This document shows, piece after piece, positions 36,144-50,561 of a stretch of DNA of 64,000 bases. The stretch comes from Octopus sinensis (lineage: Eukaryota): contig NC_042997.1 in NCBI RefSeq assembly GCF_006345805.1, forward strand, positions 167,276,001 through 167,340,000, read 5' to 3'. The position numbers were made by a program, and so were the translations under genes. The notes beneath the pieces were generated by a model. It was not told the origin of the DNA. It did not search any database and worked only from the letters and a program-made list of their open reading frames with translations. Position 1 is the first letter of the stretch, and every line of letters starts with the position of its first letter.

Positions 36144-36687
36144 TAAATTTTGGTTGAAAAAATTCAACTAGTATGCCGAAAAATCGCTAAAATATGTGAG
36201 TAATCATTGATCTGTGAACATCATTCATATTTCAGCTAGATGACATTGAATAAGATTTTTTTAGAAGTTGAAAAATTTCCTATTTAAATTTTACATTTTA
36301 TTTTCTTATCTTAAAAAAGGATTGCCAAAATTATTATTCCTATAACTTTATTATATTCATTATTTGAAATTATTACTGCCAGAGTATTATTATTGTTGTT
36401 ATCATTCATTAGCTGAATACTTTACATTATTTTACTCCCTCATGAAACCTCTCATCGTTCTATCTTCAACAATAGCACTACTGTGGATAACAGAAGCAAT
36501 TATAAAAGATCTGATACAACCAAACTTTCCAAAATGTAAAAAAAAATTAATTGCAACCCAAAATATCCTTAATGACAAAGAACCTGTCTATTCATATATC
36601 CCTTTTTTTTCTATTTCGCTTTCAATCAATATATACATACACATACACATTTATCTAGTTGTTCCTCTCTCTCTCTCTCTTTCTCTT

Positions 36688-36745
<58 letters not shown>

Positions 36746-36854
36746 TACACATACATACATGCATACATACATCCATACATACACGTACACACATGCATAC
36801 ATATATATATATATACGTATGTATGTATGTACATGTATATATGTTTGTATGAAT

Positions 36855-37062
36855 CTTTTATCCTTTATTTGTTTCAGTCATTTGAATGTGGCCATACTGT
36901 GACACTGCCTTAAAAGCTTTTAGTCGAACAATCGACCCCGTGACTTTTTTAACCCTAGTAGTTATCCTATCGCTATCTTTTGCCGAACCGCTAGATTACG
37001 GGAACATAAACACACCAGCACCGGCTGTTCAAGCGGTGTTGGAGCACAAACACAGACACAAA

Positions 37063-37093
<31 letters not shown>

Positions 37094-37264
37094 GAATATA
37101 GGGCTTTGTTCAGTTTCTTTTTATCAAATCCACTCACACAATTATAGCCTCTATCTGGGGTTATAGTAGAAGATACTTTGCCTAAGGTGCCGCTCAATGG
37201 AACTGAACCCGGAACTATGTGGTTGGGAAGGAAACTTCTTACCTCGTAGCCACAGCCTGCGTCT
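36855..37264 (-). mobile_element. SINE family A, diverged
   Basis: Reverse-complement match with many substitutions. Confidence 0.8.
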
Positions 37265-37326
37265 ATATGCGTATGTGTGTGTTTTGTATATACATACATA
37301 TATACATAAATACATGCATATATATA

Positions 37327-37391
<65 letters not shown>

Positions 37392-37831
37392 CATATATGT
37401 TTCTACTATCCTTATTCACGTAACCATACACGTTTGTACATGCGTGCAAACACACACATACATACACAAATGTATGCATACATATATTTCCTGTTTCAAT
37501 CAAAATGTATTTGACGACTGGAGACTGTAAATTGCGATTTATGGTCAAGATTACTCGCAGCCTAATCGAATCGTGATTACGAAGCGAATTTCTTAAGCAG
37601 TCGGTTACAGTGCGCTTATACAAATGAAGACTGTACAGAAGGCCATTTGATGGATTGTATTCGTAGTTCAAAGGTCCTTGTCACATATTCAGCCATTTAT
37701 CCGCTAATTTAAGGAGTAGGGAATACAGTTGATGGAACACCTGAATCTTTATCATCGAAACTGACGAAGATACATCATAAATAAGTGAGTATATTTATAA
37801 ATGTAGATATGTATATGTATGTATTATATAT

Positions 37832-38243
37832 ACTCTTTACACTTTTACTCTTTTACTTGTTTCAGTCATTTGTCTGCGGCCATGCTGGAGTACCGCCTTT
37901 AATCGAGCAACTCGACCCCGGGAGTTATTCTTTTGTAAGCCCAGTACTTACTCTATCGGTCTCTTTTGCCGAACCGCTAAGTAACGGGGACATAAACACA
38001 CCAGCATCGGTTGTCAAGCAATGCTAGGAGGACAAACACAGACACATAAACACACACAGGCATATATATATACATATATACGACGGGCTTCTTTCAGTTT
38101 CCGTCTACCAAATCCACTCACAAGGCTTTGGTCGACCCGAGGCTATAGTAGAAAACACTTGCCCAAGGTGCCATACAGTGGGACTGAACCCGGAACCATG
38201 TGGTTGGTAAACATGCTACATACCACACAGCCACTCCTGCGTC
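37832..38243 (-). mobile_element. SINE family A, full-length
   Basis: Reverse-complement match. Confidence 0.9.
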
Positions 38244-38928
38244 TATATGTTTAAAACATCAAGAATATTTCTTTCTATTCTAGAATAAAAGGCCTATAAC
38301 AACTCTAGAACAATAGTAACATCAACAATAGCAATAATCCGTTTTGCGTTACACGCAAAATCTGAAATTTTGAAGTAGGTGTTAAGTCGATTACATCGAA
38401 CCCAATATTCAAATGGTTCTTATTTTATCGAGCCCGAAAAGATGAAAGGCAAAATCGACCTCGGTATTTCGTCAGTCTTTGCGTTCTGAGTTCCAATATG
38501 GCTCAAGACGAATTTGCCTTTCGTCTTTTCCAGTTCGATAGAATAAGTACTAGTTGAACACGGTGGTCGATGTAATCGACTTAACCGATTCCCTGTACTT
38601 ACTGATCTTGTGCCAACTTTAAAACCAATACTTACACTGTGTAACACGATTATTTTCCTTAGGTAGTAACTGTTATTTCGTATTTGCCTACCCATAGAAA
38701 ATGGTTAGTATTTCTTTCTAATTTTGCATTTGTTACATTTATTCAAACCATAAAAAAATCCCTCTCAACACATAGTTATGGTGCTTCCATACTACTTCTG
38801 CTCGTAATCAGAGATGCACATATTGGCAACCACTAAGGGGCGTGCTTAAGTGCTTAATGTCAGGCAACTAACAAGCAAATCTGTGGTATTGAACAGAATA
38901 TATGCTATAACGATATTTCTTAAACTAA

Positions 38929-39165
38929 GGAGGCGAACTGGCAGAAACGTTAGCGCGCCGAGCGAAATGCTTAGCGGAATTTCGTCTGTCTTTACGTTCT
39001 GAGTTCAAATTCCACCGAAGTCGACTTTGCCTTTCATCCTTTCGGGGTCGATTAAATAAGTACCAGTTACGCACTGGGGTCGATGTAATCGACTTAATCC
39101 GTTTGTCCGTCCTTGTTTGTCCCCTCGGTATTTAGCCCCTTGTGGGTAGTAAAGAAATAGATATT
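38929..39165 (+). mobile_element. SINE family B, full-length
   Basis: Near-consensus; an older partial copy lies at ~38370-38640. Confidence 0.9.
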
Positions 39166-39349
39166 TCTTCAACTACTAAACGCTGAACCAGCCTGAAATA
39201 CGATCGAAAATAGATCAGTTTCAAAACATTGATGTCCAGGTTACAAAAGCAAAGTTTATAAGGAAAAGTAGTCATTTTTTTAAATTTCTAGATAGAAGCA
39301 AATAGGAAAGAACACTTACTAACCAACGACAAAAAGAAAAAAAATGTTA

Positions 39350-39800
39350 CACAGTTTTACAGATATTACTTTTATTGTTACACGAAGAACAAAGATAGTT
39401 CTCACCATTCGATGTTCTATGAAACAATAGTGTTTTTCTAAAATATTCACATCGTTTTAGAAATATTGACTTCGTGCGTGGCTCGAAACGTGGCAACTGA
39501 AGTCTTTCATAAGTGTGTTCTCATGCTTTATCGTTATTGCATTAAAAAGTTGGCACGCTTCCATTATACAAAAAGCACGAATTAATTTTGCACGTTTCGC
39601 AAGCAAAACTATTTTATAAACGGAATACTAGATCGGATCAGGTTCAAAACTTTTGAAGCTGATGTTTTGCATCATCAGTTGTTCAAAGAATGTTGGATCA
39701 TCGACTGCCGGACATGCCTAAGTACAGAGAGCTGCAAGACGGAAAGCCTCCAGTAGAAGCTCCTAAGAGGTGTTGCAACAATCAACTTAAAGAGAACATT
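39350..39800. repeat. Unclassified dispersed repeat, inverted partner of 44190-44720
   Basis: For example GGATCATCGACTGCCGGACATG vs CATGTCTGGCAGTCGATGATCC. Confidence 0.7.
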
Positions 39801-40199
39801 TAAAGCTTTTAATATTAGTGGAGAAAATACCATGTTAGGTACTTCAATTGGAAGTAATCGCAAAGAGCGAAACCAAGAGCTGTAGAGCCGACGGAAGCAA
39901 GAAGACTAACAACGGGAAATATTAAGCTCTACTGGCTTCCAATTCGCGATTTTTGCGTTATTTTAGGTCATAAATACACAACATAAATATACAACTATCT
40001 TTCATCATGAAATTCAACTGAGTTAAATTCTCGATTCTCTACTATATCACAGACAATATATACGATATTTTTTTACTATATACGTTTACATAAGTATCAG
40101 GTCATCCCATAAGTAATGTTCAGACGCTTATATTTTCAATTTGTAAACGCTTTAAAAGTATTTTAGAATGTCTAACGGCATCAAGTATTATGTATATGT

Positions 40200-40690
40200 A
40201 TTTTGACATAGTTAAACTAATTAAATTTTATTTTTCAGGATAATCTAATGTAGCACCCAAGCTTTTCGAAGTTTTGCAACATGGTATCAAATATGACTTT
40301 GAAATTTGAACACTTATTTTTTCCCAAAAAGTTCTTGGCAACACATTTGAATCTCACCCATATCTGTTTTCGAGATTCATTTATGGATTTCTCATAATGA
40401 CAACCAACAAATATTCCTGCTTTAATTTTCTCACTGATTATATTTAGGAATATTTTTGAGAGATACTGCAAATATGGTCCATCTTCAGGCAAAGATTTAA
40501 CGAACTGTTTCATCAGACCCAATTTGTTGTTCAGAAGTGGTAGCAGTATTTTTGAAGGTTCAATCAAGAGCTTATGCAGAATGTTTTTGGATCCACTCAT
40601 ATAAGAATCACGACAATTTTGTGTAGCCTACCCGCTGGCCTAAAAAGCATGCCTATAATTTTGAAATATCCACACAATTGCCTGTACTAG
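40200..40690 (-). mobile_element. DNA transposase remnant, probably Chapaev3-like (CMC)
   Basis: GYTKL..FLYEW, KILLPLLNNKLGLMKQFVKSL, KIKAGIFVG, KNFLGKNK and EKLGC; family name assigned from memory of LPPLHIKLGLMKQFVKAL-type transposases. Confidence 0.55.
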
Positions 40691-41009
40691 TCTGCACACT
40701 TTATATTTAACAAAAGTTATTATATTTCTACATTTTCCCCTTTAGTTGTATAGAATGTACCACTGGAATGGATGAATACTTACTTCCATTGCGTAGCAAG
40801 ACATACACTCCACCCCAACCCTAGCACTATTAGAATTAACCAAGGTAGAAATAGAACCCCTTCCTATGAAAGCCGAAATGTAGTTGAGGTGAATGTTGAT
40901 ACTAATTTTACCACCACTAATACCAATATTAGTAACACTAATGCGACCACTACCACCACTACTACTACTAATAATATTAATAATATTAATACCATTATGA
41001 CTTAGAGAC

Positions 41010-41336
41010 CACCTTCGGTCACGAATGACCATGGGATTGCACCTAGAAAGTTACCCTCCGAGGCACAATTCCGGGCAAGGTTGTTTATGGAAGACCAGCA
41101 GTCGCTCATGCATACCGGCCTCCCCTCTCCACGCCACCAGGGTTATCCAAGGGAAAGGAAAAGGCCGATAGAGCTTAGCACCAGTGACATCGCAACTCAT
41201 TTCTACAACTGAGTGAATTGGAGCAACGTGAAATAAAGTGTCTTGCTCAAGAACACAGTACGCAGCCCGGTCCGGGATTCGAACTCACAACCTCACAGTC
41301 TTAAGTTCGATGCTCTAACCACTGGACCATGTGCCT
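41010..41336 (-). mobile_element. SINE family C
   Basis: Reverse complement of 33962-34295. Confidence 0.85.
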
Positions 41337-41397
41337 TCACTTTATGACTACTGCTGCTAATAACAATAATAGTTATAATAATAATAACAATAATAAC

Positions 41398-41446
<49 letters not shown>

Positions 41447-42814
41447 TGAGCCAATCCCCTAATAACACCCTTAATCTTAATTTTTCCATAAACAGCACTG
41501 CATCTCTTTCCACTAATAACACTCGTAGGAGAGATAGCTGCAACTATCTATCCATGACCGAATGCCCGTTGCAAGCCCACCGAAGAAGGTTTAACGTAGT
41601 ATAGAAATGCGCGGTCCACAACAAATTGCATAATTCTACTAACTACTATATTGGGCCTACTATCAATTTTAAACAGAGATATGCGGCGATTCCCTGTCTT
41701 AAATATTCATACCCTGTCAGTAATGACGGAATGCCCAGTGCGTGAACATACTAACCTATCGCTTAGGTTATCCCAGAAATGGCACCTTACTCTAATAAAA
41801 TTTTCATCAATAACTGGAGATACACGTTCTGCCTAGGTTTTGATTTTTCCTCTAATATAATATATACCTGCTATAGCGGAACCCTAATACCGATCCATAG
41901 ATCCAGCCTTAGCTATGATCCTGGAAACTAACGGTCGATCAACTATAGCACTTACTCAGTGCACCTATTCACTTAAATCACAAATGAATTAAGCCCTCAT
42001 ACTCCCACTCCCCTCCCCCTCTCTCTCTCTCTCTCTCTCTCTTTATATATATATATATATATACATATAAAATTAAAATCAAAATGAGGGTGAAAAATTG
42101 GATATTAATTTGATAACATCAATTTAACACCAGTGGTCTAGCATATTACAAACAGAAGGTTCAGTAAATTGTATTACGTACATATGAGAGGGATGACCAC
42201 TATGTGGGCACCCGTTCTGGTGTTTGCTAAATTTTCTAGAGAACATTTCTTAGTGGTAAGACCATAGCGGATCTACTTCTAGCATTAGGGTCGTTCATAT
42301 AGTGGTCATTCCTCTCATATGTACGTAATACATATATATATATACATACATACATACAATTATGTCGCTTTTACAGCCTACAGGCATGCATACATGCATG
42401 TATGTATGTCACTATTCAGTTGATTTCAAGATTTCTTACCAATACAGACAGAACCGGTTTCTAACCTTGATCCAAGGCTCCTTCATTGGAATTTCAACAT
42501 CAACAACACGGTATTTTTGTTTGTTTGTTTGTATGTATGTATGTATGTATGTATGTATGTATGTATGTATGTATGTATGTATGTATGCATGTATGTTTAT
42601 ATGTGTGAATGTGTGTGTGTGTATGTATATTCGAATGTCTTGTGCACAGTTTTCGGTTATCACGTTCCACTTACAGGCATTTGTCAAGCCGAAGTTACAG
42701 TGGAAAAGACCTCTCTGCCGCAGAGGAACACACTTGCGAAGGGTGTCCGCAAAGATATCCAAGCCATAAACAAGTGAATTTAAAACGAACTTTTTAACTC
42801 AGTTGTTAAAAATA

Positions 42815-43065
42815 AATAAATGCGCCCTTTTAAAGCCTAGCCAGGCTCATGGGCCCGCTTTCCTGGTTTCAATGGCGTATGTGTTCCCCCCAGCTGGACG
42901 GGACGCCAGTTCATCGCAGCGTTACTCATTTTTGCCAGCTGAGTGGACTGGAGCAACGTGAAATGAAGTGTTTTGCTCAAGAACACAACGCGTCACCCGG
43001 TCTAAGAATCGAAACCACAATCTTACGATCATGATGCTGACACCCTAGCAAATAAGCCACGCGCA
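42815..43065 (-). mobile_element. SINE, family C head/CORE with a different 3' tail
   Basis: GCTGAGTGGACTGGAGCAACGTGAAATGAAGTGTTTTGCTCAAGAACACAAC shared; tail differs (CCAGGCTCATGGGCCCG). Confidence 0.7.
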
Positions 43066-43519
43066 TTTAACTCGGTTGTGATTTCCCTTATTTACGTGTC
43101 AACGCATATACTCACTGTTTATTCCTTTCTACATATATTTCTTCAATGAGAATGTAAATAATTCACACATAAATGAAAACGTATATTCTTTTATTCTTTT
43201 ACTTGTTTCAGTTACGAGACTGCAGCCATGCTGGAGCACCACCTTAAACTGGAGTACCACAGTAAAAGAAATAACACATATGTTATCACTGATACAGTAA
43301 AGAACCCAAAATTTAACTGTAAGTTAGTTGAGTTACTCTATTACGTTTCAGTCCAGTCATTAGACTGCGACCATGCTAGAGCACCGCCTTTAAGGATTTT
43401 ACCTAACAAATCGACTCCACGGATTATTCCTTGTAAGCTCAGTATTTATTCTATCGTTCTCTTTTGCCGAACTGCTTTGTTACAGGGATGTAAACATACA
43501 CACACACACACACACACAC

Positions 43520-43572
<53 letters not shown>

Positions 43573-43659
43573 ATGTTTGTGTGTGTGTGTGTGTGGTATA
43601 CGACTTATTTTTTTTAGTTTCCGTCTACGATATCCACTCACAAGGCGTTGCTTGGCACA

Positions 43660-44175
43660 AGGTTAGCAATTTTGCGGCAGGCGTAAGTCAGTTACATCGA
43701 CCCCAGTGCTCGGTTGCTACTTATTTTACTAGCCCGAAAAGATAAAAGGCCAGAAATTTTGGGGTAAGGTGCTAGTCGATTATAACGACCCCAGTGTTCA
43801 ACTGTACTTAATTTATTGACCCCCGAAAGGTTGAAAGGCAAAGTCGACCTCGGTGGAAATTGAACCCAGAATGTAAAGACAGACGACATGCCGCTAAGCA
43901 TTTTGCCCGGCGTTCTAACGATTCTGCCAACTCACTGCCTTATTTTCTTCACTAAATATTAAAGGTTGTATAAGGCAGCGAGCTGGCAGAATCGTTAGGA
44001 CGCCGGACAAAATGCTTAGCGGCATTTCATCTCTCTTTACGTTCTTGGTTCAAATGCTGCTGGGGTCGACTTTGCCTTTCATCCTTTCGGGGCTGATAAA
44101 ATAAGAACCAATTGGTTGATGTAATCAGCTTAGCCCCTCCCCCGAAATTGCTGGTCTTGTGTCGTAATTTGAAAG
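43660..44175. mobile_element. Head-to-head pair of SINE family B copies
   Basis: - copy 43660-43942 and + copy 43972-44175. Confidence 0.85.
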
Positions 44176-44189
44176 AATATTAAAGGTCG

Positions 44190-44720
44190 TGTATGGTCTT
44201 TTTAGTTGATCGTTGCAGCACCATCTCGGAGCTTCCACTAGAAGCTTTCCGTCTTGCAACGCCTCTGTGCATAAGCATGTCTGGCAGTCGATGATCCGAC
44301 ATTCTTTGACCATTCAAAAACTCATCGCAGCAGATGATACAATACATCAGCTTCAAGAATTTTCATGCTGGTCCGATCTAGAATTCCGATTATTTATACA
44401 ATAATTTTGCCAACGAAACGCGCAAATTTAACTCGTGGCTTTTGTATAATGCATGCGTGTTAACTTTATAATGTAATTACGATAAGACATCCAGGCTTGA
44501 CACATGTGTATGAGTGCTTTTGGAACAAACTGTATTTTAAAAAAAGTCTCCAGCTGCCAGGTTTCGAGCTACACATGAAATCAATACTTCCTAAACGATG
44601 TGAATACTTGTGATAAACAGTATTGTCTTGTAAAATAGTATTGTTTTGTAAAACATCGTATGATGAGAACTGTGTGTTTGTTTTTCATGTAACCATAAAC
44701 GTAATACCCATAATTATAAT
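44190..44720. repeat. Unclassified dispersed repeat, inverted partner of 39350-39800
   Basis: Reverse-complement similarity over ~450 bp. Confidence 0.7.
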
Positions 44721-45429
44721 GGTAATACTTTTGAAAACAAAATTTAAAGCTTTCGGAAATTCATAAGTATCGTTGGGCGACTGGAAAAACGTGTTGTATA
44801 TAATTCTGTTATGCACGGGAATATTGAGAGAAAAAACTACGTAAACAAATCATTTTTATTTTTTTCTAATCTTTTAACTTAAAAATTTTTTTTTTTAACA
44901 TTTCACACGAAGTTAATAATAGCCAAAAGAATTAAGAAACACTGCACTAAGTTTGCAACTAAATTGACGACTGTTGTACAGGACACCAATCTAACAATAA
45001 TTTAAGATGGAAATTGAATAGCTAAACTATTGATTGAACTTGAGACACACACCCAACACTTTTCTAAACATTATTACTACATTACAACACATACTTGCAG
45101 CTTCTTTCTCATGTCAGTTATGTAAATAGAATCTATTGAATTTTTAACTGAAATTTTCAATCTATTGAAACATCTTGCTTGTTCTGTGGGCTAAGTTGTT
45201 TATACTTTTACACACAAGCACACACACATACATGCATATGTATAAATATACAAAATGGGACAAGAACGCAAAACATCCGGACAACTGTGTTTTTTTGCAT
45301 CCGTGTTTTTTGTATCGTCTATCTGAATGTTTTGTTGTCCCTTTTGTATCATCTAGTTGTCCATTGTTTTGCGTTCTTGACCCATTTTGCATTTAGATAT
45401 ATATATATATGGCCTAGTGGTTAGAGCAG

Positions 45430-47900
45430 CGGACTCTGGTAGTAGAGTGTATCAAGTTAAACGAACACCAGATTTCTAGTGGTAATCTCTTTACGTGGAA
45501 GGGATGTAGTAATGTTTCATTGATAGGCGCAGCAACTGTTCTACTTCTATGAAGGGGATAAAATGAGCATGATTCTAACGAAGGGTAGCTTGAAATTTCT
45601 ATTCATAAAGTCAGTGCAAATTCTGCGTGAGATGTATATGGTGGAGGACTGTTTGTTTGTCGAAAGTTAAGGAAGAATGATGTGCCGAGTATTCTGAGAG
45701 ATTGTGGAGGACAATAAAATCCTGGGGTACACTAGAGTTGATAAAACAAAATTCTCACAGAGAATTCCAGTAATGTAAACCAACAAGAATCTTTCGATCC
45801 AGTTTCCAGACTCTTTGCCTGGGCATTCACATGACACTCTCGGTCGAAGGTTTTACAGATATCGAGGACAACGACAGTGCTTTCACCAGGTTTCTCGAGA
45901 GCGAGAGCACACTGGGTAGTGGCATAGCTGAGCAGGTGTCCAGTTGTGATGATTTACGAAAGCCATATTTGCAATAATTAAGTAATTTCTAATAATTTAA
46001 AGTCTTGGAGAAAGTCGTTGGTTACTCTTTACTCTTTTTACTCTTTTACTTGTTTCAGTCATTTGACTGTGGCCATGCTGGAGTACCGCCTTTAATCGAG
46101 CAACTCGACCCCGGGACTTATTCTTTTGTAAGCCCAGTACTTATTCTATCGGTCTCTTTTGCCGAACCGCTAAGTGACGGGGACGTAAACACACCAGCAT
46201 CGGTTGTCAAGCAATGCTAGGAGGACAAACACAGACAAACAAACACACACACGCATATATATATGCATATATACGACGGGCTTCTTTCAGTTTCCGTCTA
46301 CCAAATCCACTCACAAGGCTTTGGTCGGCCCGAGGCTATAGTAGAAGACACTTGCCCAAGGTGACACGCAGTGGGACTGAACCCGGAACCATGTGGTTCG
46401 TAAGCAAGCTACTTACCACACAGCCACTCCTACGCCTGGTTCTGGATATCTCCACCACTTTTGAAATCCTGGGAAGTTGTTTAGAGGCTTTGCCATTCCA
46501 AGGAATAGAACTTTATGTAGTGCATTTCCAAGCGTTTGGATATATCCTTGGAAGAGATGTTGGGATTGCGGAGTCTGCTGTAAATAAGGGCTTGGTTTGA
46601 GGGTCATTGTTTGAAGGTAATGGAGAGAACATAGTCAGGGCTGATGACTACGTCGGTTTAAAGCAAAGAGAAAATCACTCTCATTTGTGTGTATATTGGT
46701 AAGTCTGGTAGAGTTAAAAAGGATAATTTGTGAGATGATTCAGCGTGTACTTACTTAGTGTGAGTTAATTTACTCAGTGTGGAACTGAATGCAAAGTGAG
46801 GAGGGAATGTGGAGAATATTGCTCCCTGAACCATTATGTTCGACAAAAAGAGATAAAGGAAGATTCTACAAATTTGGTAGTGATACGTTTAGCAAAGACT
46901 ATATAGATCTACTGCAATCTGGAAACTGTCTGGAAACTGGAAAATTTGAGCGCTGCAATTCACTGACGAATCCTTTGTGGTTTGGTTGATGGTCTTTGCA
47001 AGAGTTGCGTTACTGAAAAGAACATTCCCACCCGCCAATTTGCAGTGATGGGTAATTCATTTTTCAAGAGTTTCATGCCTTGTCTTTTGCCTGCATCCCT
47101 GTAGTACAGTTAAAACGGAACTGCTTGTGAAACTTGGAGCTTAAGTTTTTGCTGTTTGTGAGATGTGGAAGAACATGCCAAGGATGATATCAATCCCTTG
47201 GTTGCTTCTGGTAATTCAGGAGTAACACAGATGTGTTTCCAGAGAAAGGTAACAGAGAATTGGAAGAACTTCGACCAAACAGCTAACTTGAAGAGTTGTG
47301 TATATGTGGATATCTGGAGGATAGTTTCGATATGATTTCATAAAGTTTGGGTTTCGTGGGGTGATAAAGATACAAAGGGTACTTTGAGCATTGTGCCGGT
47401 CCAGAATATCTACAAAGGATATGAAACCAAGTGATACAGAGATTTGAGCACTACAAGAGATTCGGATGCTGCCCCCATTGCATAAATAATAGTATGAACA
47501 TGAGTATGGAATGAAGATCCAAGAAGAGCATTAAATTCTTTGAAGACAATGAATTCGGAGAATGGTGATGTGAGATAGGTGTCTTCAATGCAGAAAGGGA
47601 TATGGACAAAGAGGTGTTAGTGGTTTGTGGAGTTTGGAGTACGTTGAGGAAGTAGATGCATTCGGAGATGTGAGGAGAGAGACTTTAAGCCAGAGTGACT
47701 GGAAGTATGTGTTGCTAACACCCAGGTTAGACGGATGAATGATGAGGAGACTGAAATCCACATACGCATAGACATCACCCTATGGAGACAAGTTTGAGTA
47801 AAATGGGTAGCTTGGGTAGCAGAAATACGTTATGAATGATGATTGAAATATTGATGTCTCAGAGAAAAATAAGATATGTGGTTTACATGCAAACTGCTTA
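45430..47900 (-). mobile_element. CR1/Jockey-group LINE remnant (APE plus RT), interrupted by a SINE
   Basis: YGFR..TGHLLSYAT..ALEKPGESTVVVLDICKTFDR near 45850-45970; IIVFKEFNAL (GDFNA-like) near 47540. Confidence 0.7.
46023..46436 (-). mobile_element. SINE family A, full-length, inserted in the LINE
   Basis: Near-identical to 34501-34918. Confidence 0.92.
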
Positions 47901-48515
47901 TTATAAGAGGTGATGCATGAAGTTTAAGTTGGATCAAAAACTACATGTGTTAGATAAAAAGGAGGAAAGTTATTCTGTGACTTTAGGTTCATTTTATAGA
48001 AACTAGGAAAATGTAGGGTGTATCAGTGCTCCGTATGGTTACAATAATGTATGGTCCGTAAGCTTATAAAAGAGCGAACTCTTTTAAAGGCAGCCATGGG
48101 CCTTGTGGTTGTGTTAAAACCGAGTGACATGATGTAGCTATTTACTCCTTGAAAACATGGGTTTTCCTCTTCACCATAAACAAGAGCACAATATTAATAA
48201 ATGCGACCCTGGTTCAAATAGCCTGTACACACACCACACACACACATATATATATAATATATATTCATATATATGTATATATATATTCATATATATGTGT
48301 ATATATATATATATATATTCATTTTTCGTTTTCATTTTCATCTAGTTTCATTTCACGAGCTGTTGCCATGCTGGGGCACCGCCATTCCGTGTTGCTACAT
48401 GATTTTATTTCACGAATGCTTTTGGTACATGAGAGAGTTTGATGCAGCTGCCCTCATCTGCACCTCCTGCCGCGAAGTTGGTTCATCTGGGACACCTGAC
48501 AGGAAAAGGTCCAGA

Positions 48516-48553
<38 letters not shown>

Positions 48554-48989
48554 TTCAGCTCCCAATATATGGATCTGTTGTTATTTTACAATTCTATAAA
48601 GTCGATATTGGTTACAGATGTACGCGTGCACACATGCATGCATTTGTCTATGGATATATGCACATGTATAAAGAGGCACGCACGCGCGCGCACATATTTG
48701 GGGATGCACGTTCATACATTCATATGTATTCCTACAAACGCTAAACCACTATAATATTCGCTATCATGTTTCCAGAACTACACCAGATGTTCAGTTACGA
48801 ACTTGGGTAAACGTTCAGACAAGGATTTGTAGATTTTATTTTTATTTTCCTTTCTTTTCTTTATTTATTAATTTTTTTTTCTGTTCAATTTATTTATTAC
48901 ATTTTTGTTTTGCTTTTTCCTCAGTCTTCGTCTATTGGCGACATTAACATCAGTAAAAACAAAAACACAAACAAAAATATGAATAACAA

Positions 48990-49500
48990 TAAGAAACACG
49001 AATGTCGCAAGACTTCAAAAAGGATATTTAAGCCATCAGTCGCAGGGAAGTGGGTAGGGAAAGAGCAGGTTAATGTCTGGAAAGTCGATTAAGCAGTCCA
49101 TAAATAGATTTTGTTGAAATTCAATTTTTTTTCTTAAACGCTGTAATCTTCAATAGATTTTAGTTCTCCGTATGAATTTTAAATTTTATTTTTAACATTT
49201 CTTCCCTTTGCTCTCTTAGGCAATGTAATGTAATTTAATCTCGATTGAATTGTTATCCACCTGGTATTTACAACACTCGCTCTCAAATGTTTAGGTTCTG
49301 GTTAAGAGAATTATTTGCATGCAAACCTTGTGTTTGAAGAGCCGAGACAAGTGTTGCGCCTTTGTTTACGAGTGTTTGCGTAAACCAGGTTGAGTTTAAA
49401 CGCAGATAAATGTATATAATCGCTGTGCGTTGGCAGTGATTGATGTGTTTATTTTGCGGTTGTTTGGGGTTTCAAAGATTATTGTGAAATTTGGTGTACC
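48990..49500 (-). mobile_element. Probable Penelope-like GIY-YIG endonuclease remnant
   Basis: NCQRTAIIY..TCLGSSNTRF, resembling the C..xIVYxA..YIGxTxxxF of Penelope endonucleases. Confidence 0.4.
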
Positions 49501-49619
49501 AGAAAAGGTGGAGTTAAATTTTTTTTATAGTTGGTTTCTTTTTAAAAGAATAACAATTGAAAAAAATAGCTAAAAAATGTTATGAATTCATATACGTATG
49601 TATGTATATATATATATAT

Positions 49620-49956
49620 CTTTACTCTTTACTCTTTTACTTGTTTCAGTCATTTGACTGCGGCCATGCTGGAGCACCACCTTTAGTCGAGCAAATCGAC
49701 CCCGGGACTTATTCTTATTCTTTATAAGCCCAGTACTTATTCTTTATAAGCCCAGTACTTATTCTATCGGTCTCTTTTGCCGAACCGCTAAGTAACGGGG
49801 ACGTAAACACACCAGCATTGGTTGTCAAGCAATGCTAGGGGGACAAACAAAGACACACAAACACACACACACACACTTATATATAGATACATATATACGA
49901 CAGGCTTCTTTCAGTTTCCGTCTACCAAATCCACTCACAAGGCTTTGGTCGGCCCG
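49620..49956 (-). mobile_element. SINE family A lacking its head, with an internal tandem duplication
   Basis: TTCTTTATAAGCCCAGTACTTA present twice; match ends at GGTCGGCCCG. Confidence 0.85.
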
Positions 49957-50405
49957 CGAGAAACGAAAACATAAAAGCAAACTAGGAAACGGACTTTTTT
50001 TAACAACGAAAAAACAGAGTACACGACAAACAATACAAGGAATATTCCCCTTCATCAGCTGTTCCTGGTTCGACTCAATGCGTGTTTCGAAGGTAAGGAC
50101 AGAATACGATCCGGTCGAAGTAGTCCTTCCTGCAAAAGAATTAAATAAAATTATTTTGCAGAGAGGTAAAACAAGGAAAGAAAGAAAAAAAATGTGACAA
50201 GAACAGGACGTAAAAGCAATACAAATAAAAATACAGTACACATAAAGAATAAAAACAGGACAATGAAACCAACATTGAGGGCTTTTTTTTAAGCCTAGAC
50301 GATGGAAAAATTCGGGGCGCAAGACAAAGTCGGTGTTGACTTGTAGAAAGCTGCGAGCAAAAGGAAGTTGGTAGTCCACTCAGCAGTGAGAGAGATGAGG
50401 AGGAG

Positions 50406-50440
<35 letters not shown>

Positions 50441-50561
50441 GGAAACCAGAAATGGTGAAAAATAAGAAGGAGAGAGACAGGTAAAGAGAAAGACAGACAG
50501 GAAGGAAGGAAAGGTCAAGTAAAGAGCTACAGAGTTCGCGTCTTTCATATATATATATATG

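Noticed and set aside
34496-46600. Recurring ORFs such as LFYLFQSFDCGHAGVPPLIEQLD and MLGGQTQT.. that look like a gene family
   Set aside because: They are antisense readings of SINE family A copies
49825-50379. 184-aa ORF on the minus strand
   Set aside because: Crosses SINE, low-complexity and repeat junctions; no domain signature
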